64,000 nt of DNA from Psilocybe cubensis (lineage: Eukaryota), in the NCBI GenBank assembly GCA_017499595.2, contig CM039003.1:2170001-2234000 (forward strand), in the 5' to 3' direction. The notes beneath the pieces are model-generated. The model saw nothing but the letters and a program-made list of their open reading frames with translations. It ran no database searches and had not been told where the DNA came from. A program made the translations under genes and the position numbers. Below, one piece after another: positions 56,952-64,000 of the stretch (its first letter is position 1; every line of letters begins with the position of its first letter).

Positions 56952-58587
56952 ATGAACGCTGTGACCAAACCCTTTCAGATCAGCGTCCCGGATAAGAGCT
57001 TAGAACTTTTGAACAAGAAGCTTGCACTGTCGATTCTTCCTGACGAATTGGAGGACGCAGGACGTGACTATGGGGCACCCCTCAGTGATATTCAGCGCCT
57101 ACTCGCCCGCTGGAAGTCTGGGTACGACTGGAGGAGGTATGAAAAGCAAATCAACAGCGAGCTTCCACAATTTCAGACTGAAATCGATGTAAACGGACAC
57201 GGGACGCTCAAGATCCACTTTGTGCACAAGAAAAGTGAGGTTGAAGGCGCTATTCCGTTGTTGTTCGTTCATGGATGTGAGTTTTAAGGTTGATTTTCCT
57301 TTTAAAACGAGAGGATTAATATTCAGCTATACAGGGCCAGGTAGTGTGGTTGAAGTCCGCAAGATTTTACCGCTCTTGATAAAAGGAGGCCCCGACCAAC
57401 CCTCTTTCCATGTTGTCGCTCTCAGCTTGCCAGGGTTTGGCTTTTCGGAAGCTCCCAGGAAAAGAGGTTTTGCTTTTGATCAGTACGCCGAAGTGAAAAG
57501 ATCCTTTACTAAAATTTGATACACAATACTTAGAACGGTTTATTAGGTCGGAAACAAGCTAATGTTGGCATTGGGATACGATCAGTATGGTATATTCTGT
57601 TTTTAGTTTGAATTGTCTATTTAGCGCATTAATTACTTTGCCCTTAGTTACTCAAGGAGGGGACTGGGGTTATATGGTATGTGTGATTCAACCTAGTATA
57701 AATATATATATTTATAGCGAGTTTGTTATTGATGACTATCTGTAGGTCACCAGAAGAATCGGTCATTTATACGGCCGAAACTACAGCAGAGCATGGCACA
57801 CCAATTACGAGGCTGCAGAACCTGGTCGGTCAGTGTTTTAACATCATTAAAACATTTATCAATGCTAACAACTCTTCCACAAACATGTATAGTGTTCCAG
57901 CAGAACTATTTTCAAAGACAGATGAATTTCTAAAGAACCTAGGACCCGAATATACAGCAGCAGATAAGGCAGGCTTAGAAAGAACAGTGTGGTACAGGAA
58001 TCAAGGCATGGGCTATTTCTCGGAGCAAGCTACCCAGCCACAAACGATTGGCTATAGCCTGGCTGACTCGCCCGTTGGGCTTCTCGCATGGATATATGAG
58101 AAACTTGTCAACTGGACGGATGATTATTCATGGGACGATGATGAAGGTAAGTATTTATGCTTTAAATGCAACCCTGACAAATGACGCCCAACTATTGGTA
58201 GTTTTGACGTGGGTATCAATATACTGGTTTTCCACCGCCGGTCCCGTTGCATCTGTCAGGATTTACTATGAAAACAGACACGAAAAGCCTTATATCGACA
58301 TTCTCCCAACGATTCCACATGGCGCATCTGTATTCCCGAAGGATATCTTTGTGGCACCTTTATCGTGAGTCATTACTCTACGGTTTCTGTCTCCTTGAAG
58401 CTGGGTAAACGAACATCGTATTGCAAGGTGGACTGAGAGTCCCTACAGAGTCTTTGCGACGGTGCACCCCCGTGGTGGACATTTTGCTGCCACAGAACAA
58501 CCTGAGAGGCTGGTTGAAGATGTGAGAAGGATGTTTGCCAAAAAAGGCCCAGCGTTTGGTGTGGTTGAGGGTAGAATAGGGTATTGA
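56952..58587 (+). CDS. Epoxide hydrolase, copy 2
   Basis: Same motifs and intron positions as copy 1: [35 protein letters not shown]; ends EGRIGY-stop. Confidence 0.94.
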
Positions 58588-59070
58588 GCAATTGCAGGAT
58601 GGGTGACCTGGAGGGTACTCATGACATCATCTATCTTGAGTTCACAATATTTCATGGACAGCCGGCTTGAGCGGGTCAATGTTTCCTTCTTTTGCCGCGG
58701 TCATCGTTGCCACAAAATCCTTATCTTCATTAGAACTTGACCGGAAAGATACATCAAGCCTTCAAATGTACAGAAAATAATGATTACTCGGGCAATACAA
58801 TGAGCTTAAGATCATGATCAGAATTCAATCCGAGTCATTTTGCGACCCACCTGCCAACTCGATTTGATAGTTTCGATCTCTCAGGAGAACGGTATGCTTC
58901 CGTTTTGCTAAGCTTGATTCGTCATCTACGCCTCAATGTGCCAGAACCATGGTGCAACTCTTAAACAAGTCCATTCAGGATTCTCCATTCCCACACAATC
59001 AAGTATAAAATTATACATGAAACCGACCTTGTCAGATGTGATTCACCCAAGATTCATGACTCTTTCTACC

Positions 59071-60721
59071 ATGGCGTCCAACGTTGTACCAGCGTCAAGT
59101 ATCAGACCCTTCAAAATTCACATCCCAGATGAACGCATCGCTATTTTGCAATATAAACTAGCTTCTGCAACTCTTCCCGACGAACTTGAGGATGCAGGAC
59201 GCGATTACGGCGTCCCTCTTGCGGATATGCAGCGTTTGCTTGGGTATTGGAAGTCGGGATATAACTGGAGGAAACACGAAGAAGAATTGAATACCGAGTT
59301 ACCGCAATTCCAAACCGACATCGATGTGGAAGGACATGGCACACTAAAGCTCCACTTTGTTCATAAACAAAGTGATGTCGCTGGTGCCATACCTTTATTA
59401 TTTGTTCACGGCTGTAAGACTATTGCAGATAAATTTGCGCCTGCTGACTTCATCTGGATATGTTTTATAGGGCCTGGCAGTTTTATCGAAGTGCGCAAAA
59501 TCCTACCTTTACTAATTCAAGGAACAAAGGAGCAGCCCGCGTTTCACGTCGTTGCACTCAGTTTGCCAGGATTTGGCTTTTCTGAGGCGCCTAAGAAAAA
59601 GAGATTCGCCTTTCTTCAATACGCCGAGGTATGCAATGCATTATAATGATTCTGCATGCGATTTTTAAAAAATCAATGCACGAATTCCAACGTTTTTATT
59701 AGATTTGCAACAAGCTGATGCTGTCGCTGGGATATGACCAATACGGTTAGCAAGAATTCACTGTCGATGCCTCGCTATTAACAAAGATATTGCAATCTAC
59801 CCCGGTTTATATAGTCACACAAGGCGGAGATGTAGGATACACTGTGCGTGCCTCTCAAATATGACAAGCAAGAATGCACTGAACATGTTCAGGTAACTAA
59901 AACCATAGCAAGTTTGTATGGAGGGAAGCATAGCAAAGCATGGCACACCAACTATGAAGCGGCACTCCCAGGACAGTTGGTATCGAAATATGTTGAATCG
60001 TGAGTAATGCGCTGAATAAATCACCTCATTCGTTAGGGCCCCGCCGGAGCTACTTTCACAGCCCCTTTCGTACCTCAGAAATTTGGTGACCAGGTATACA
60101 CCAGCTGAGAAAGCAGGCCTAGCCAAAACAGCTTGGTTTAGGGCGGAAGGGATGGGGTATTTTATGGAGCAGACCACCCAGCCTCAAACGCTCGGATATA
60201 GTCTGGCTGATTCACCCGTCGGTCTGTTGGCATGGATCTACGAAAAGCTCGTCAATTGGAGTGACAAGTATCCTTGGACGGATGACGAAGGTACGCTTTG
60301 CGCGGTTTCTTTGTAAAATATCAAAGGCAATTGAATTCTTTGGTAGTCCTCACATGGGTATCAATCTATTGGTTCTCTACCGGAGGTCCCACAGCGTCAA
60401 CAAGGATCTACTATGAAAGAACCAAACAGCAGGTAACCGCACCATTTCCAACAATCCCTCATGGCGTTTCCTTCTTTCCCGAGGAATTATTTAATGTTCC
60501 ACGATTGTGAGCGACATAATTACTTTGATGTGGTACACATGGATCAAACAGTGCATAACAGTTGGACCAGAACACGATACAGGGTGTTCGAAGCTGAACA
60601 TGACAGTGGAGGCCACTTTGCTGCTCATGAGAAACCTGATGAACTAGTTGCAGATTTAAGAAAAATGTTTGGAAGAGGAGGGCCAGCCTACGCCGTCGTC
60701 GAGGGCAAAACAGGCTATTAG
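59071..60721 (+). CDS. Epoxide hydrolase, copy 3
   Basis: [54 protein letters not shown]; ends EGKTGY-stop. Confidence 0.94.
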
Positions 60722-60835
60722 GAACGTGAAGATGACGTGGACGTACTATGAAGGACAAACGACGATTGTCCATTTTCATGGGTAAATGAGCATCCCTCAT
60801 TACATTGTACGTCCTTGGCAATCTCGAAAGACATT

Positions 60836-62102
60836 TTACAACTTTGGCTTTCCTTTCTTCTCGTTAACTTCCATGGGAAGCGTTAGTGCCATTTGTGTAG
60901 CAATAGCGAGACAAAATTGTTCATCTCTCCAGCCATCTACTTCTTGGCCTTCCCCGATGTTTGAAGGCGCGGTCCAGACTTCTACATATGCTTCATGCCG
61001 TCCTTGTGGAGGAGTAACAAAGCGGCCAGAAGAGTATATCCCTACAGTACGAACTGCATGTTTCGAAGAGGGGAGAGGTATTTTGTTCTTAAACTCGACT
61101 GATAGAACCATCGTTGGAAACCAGCTGATAGGAGGGCATAATTATAAGCTATCTAGATCCATATACTCTGTCAACCTGAAACATACCTTGTTGTTAATCC
61201 AGGGCGCTCACTTTTAGGTAGAAGAGTAGGCGTATTTATGCACATATCCACCAAGAAGCACAAAGCGGGATTAGTGATTCTGTCATGTGCATCGTTGAAT
61301 GTGAGCCATGATCCCCATTCCAAACCTCCGCCACCGACGGTCGAGGAGTTTGTACGGTTACCACTATATGCATGGTTTTTGGCACGAAGCTCTGGTTCGT
61401 CTGTCCACGTAACATGGCGGCGAAAACTCCACCTCTGACTCATGGGATTGATGACCGCAGTGGAAGGGTGTGTATATAATGGAAGTCTTCGAGCGTAAGT
61501 CGAAGGAGGATTTAATGTGAGATTCACTTTGTCTTTCGGATGACGTCCAATGATGCCGAATATGAGATGGGTCATGATTTTAACGACACCCTGGGGAGTA
61601 AGGTGTAAGCTTTGTTCATCGCATTGTACAAGTAGGTAAAGTACTAGGCCGTACATCTTGTATCAATTCGGCGGACAAATTCGTGAATCCAGAGCTTGTT
61701 TTCACAGTCCGGACGCATACGGTGTATGAAGAAGTCAAAGTTGTTCTGAGATAATGAGCGGTAACGTGGAGAGGATCGACGTGGGGTTTGGATGATTGAA
61801 ACTGGATGCAGGCTTCCAGGATTAATGCGAGTACGTAGCCTAAATGAAAGCCAAATAAATCATCCGATTCTGATTTCTGCTTGGGCATGATTTCTTACCA
61901 CCGTTTGCCACACTTTATGGTAACAATTTAGCAGGATATCACGATTGATACAAACCTGGAACTCTTGCCTTCCTATCGTCCACTCGGGGTCCACTATACC
62001 AGCGTACAATTGGGCATCTTCCGAGGCATCCCTGGGCGAAGGCAAAAGTTGGACGTCGAAAGGAATGGACTTTGCATTAATCGCTGTTCCGAAGGGAGCC
62101 AT
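60836..62102 (-). CDS. Thioesterase-like (double hotdog fold) protein
   Basis: YAGIVDPEWTIG..ANGGYVLALIL..HVDPLHVTAHYLRT; LCFLVDM; TMVLSVEFK; GRHEAYVEVW..LAIATQMAL. Confidence 0.82.
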
Positions 62103-62620
62103 TGAGAAAAAGTGCCTTCGAATTAATCCAAAACGCCAGAGGAGTAATTATGGGGGAAAGACAAGTTCAACTCCTTCTTTCAGCCAGACATGCCAGACCA
62201 TCATTCCTCGGTGCCCAAGTTGCCGAGAGTCCGAGATATCTCACGCGATGTGAGGTGAGTTCTCGAAGTAGTCATTGATACACTGATGAGAAACGATGTC
62301 GGTCTGGGTCTGGTCGAGTAGGATGCCATGAGCACCGTTGGATCCAAGCTGGATCGTTGGTGGTAAATAACAAGCAGCGTGAATGCCCAATGGTGCTAAT
62401 AAATGGATCGGCATCCATTCGGCTTTATGATGACAGCTCTGTAATTACTTGACTAGATTACGGCTGCGTGTAGAGACTAGCATTTTTTGCCAGCATTGTC
62501 TTCTCTTCCCATCTCTCATGTGTTAACCTGTCGTTTATCACTATCTGTATTTCATGACTATACGAATTCTCCCTTTTATAACGAATCTTTGCATTTGCCT
62601 TAATTGATACGAAACTCGAA

Positions 62621-64000
62621 ATGGCACCTCGAAGAACCCGAGGGCCATTGGTGACCTTTTCAGACTTGGAATTGCAGTCGGTGGAGTCATCTATAGGGTT
62701 CAGCTCACAGACTATCAACATTGATAAGGACGATAAACGGTGGTACCATTATATCCCTCTGTGCGGTGAGTCGACAAGTAACCTCGGAAGGCATCAAGAC
62801 AAATTTCTTGAACTAATTCCTGTCGACAATAGGAACTATAATATTTATACTGGCACCTCAACCTTCTTGGCTTTATGTTCTGGTCGATTTTCACCTCCAA
62901 ACCATGCACCAACCTGTCATATTTTTAACTCATCTCGTGGCGACCTACACGCTTACGTTTATGGCGTTCTCTTCTCTCATTGTCTGCTTGGCTCGCGATC
63001 CTGGTCCTGCAAACGCACCCCCGTCACGCGTGAAAAATGCCAATGGAGAAGAAGCTGAAATGAGCTTAACAGAAGCCTTAATGCCTGATAGAGACTTCTC
63101 TGCCCCTGATAAATGGTGTCGAAAGTGTTGGGTATGCACTATTCGTATCTACCAATGAATTCCGATATGCTCAAATAGACTCTACAGGCTCCTAAAGCAG
63201 AAAGAACGCATCATTGTTCCATATGCAACAGATGCGTTTTGAAAATGGGTGCGCATATTCTCGAAAATTTCGATAATCAACAGTGACTGAACTAATGGCC
63301 TATAGACCACCATTGTCCTTGGATCGGCGCCAAATGCATCGTGCGTTTCTTCTAGCTACCACGCGATAAAGTGTATACTTATAATGAATCAGGGACATCG
63401 AACCTACCCTGCTTTTGTCCACTTTTTGCTATCTGTTACACTCCTATCCATGTATATATCATCAGTATCCTTTAGAGCGCTTTGGTTTGCATTTCATCAT
63501 CCGTTTGTTGTTGTAAGTTCGTCCACTTTAGTGAATTGTCAACCATCTTATCTCCTCTCCTCTCTCAGCATGAATTTACCCCCGTGCACGAACTTGGATT
63601 GGCGTTTGCAGGGGCTGTGTTTACCCTGGTAGTCGGGTCTTTCGCTGCCTACCATATCTACCTTATCTTGTATGCATCATCTATATCTCATGCTTCCCTC
63701 CTTCAAGAAGTCTGATCTTGTCTGTTTAGCACTAATCAAACAACTGTTGAAAACATTGCACCCTTTATGCTCCTTCGGCATCTTCCACCCCTTCCCCGTA
63801 CTGGACATTCCCTTTCTGATCCTCCTTTAGAACCCGAATTATCTTCGGTGCAAAGGAGGATTGTTAAAGATGCTCATGGTCAAATTCTCATATATGATCT
63901 TGGCTGGAAAAAAAACTTCGCGCAAGTATTTGGATGGAACCGGAAATATGGTTGGCTATTCCGCCTCTGGTGTGGGGGTGCATCGTAGGTCATCTTCTGC
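62621..64000 (+). CDS. DHHC palmitoyltransferase (runs off the window end)
   Basis: Spliced WCRKCWAPKAERTHHCSICNRCVLKMDHHCPWIGAKCIGHRTYPAFVHFL; TNQTTVE; YDLGWKKNFAQVFG. Confidence 0.93.

Noticed and set aside
53910-58679. Shared peptide DDVMST in minus-strand ORFs 53910..54095 and 58443..58679
   Set aside because: It only reflects the repeated non-coding motif reported in the findings; the ORFs are otherwise unrelated.

Overview
Intron-rich fungal genomic DNA (short GT-AG introns of about 50-60 nt; the gene content suggests an agaricomycete basidiomycete). The first 17.3 kb is the 3' part of the midasin (MDN1/Rea1) gene. A complete-looking 7,646-bp Plavaka-type DNA transposon splits it mid-codon; the element has 28-bp imperfect TIRs, a 2-bp GT target duplication, a transposase gene and an accessory gene. 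Downstream are an NPP phosphodiesterase, a Ysc84-like gene, two tandem GH15-CBM20 glucoamylases, a PA-RING E3 ligase, a CCCH zinc-finger gene, heme oxygenase, two divergent membrane-anchored aspartic proteases, two PY-motif proteins and dynactin p62. These are followed by two tandem genes encoding only the N-terminal and 3'-5' exonuclease part of DNA polymerase delta, three tandem epoxide hydrolases, a thioesterase and a DHHC palmitoyltransferase that runs off the window. The most unusual items are the polymerase-less Pol delta exonucleases (catalytic residues intact, MCB boxes upstream, a shared apparent AT-AC intron) and the transposon inside an essential gene. Exon structures were inferred by eye and no database searches were run.
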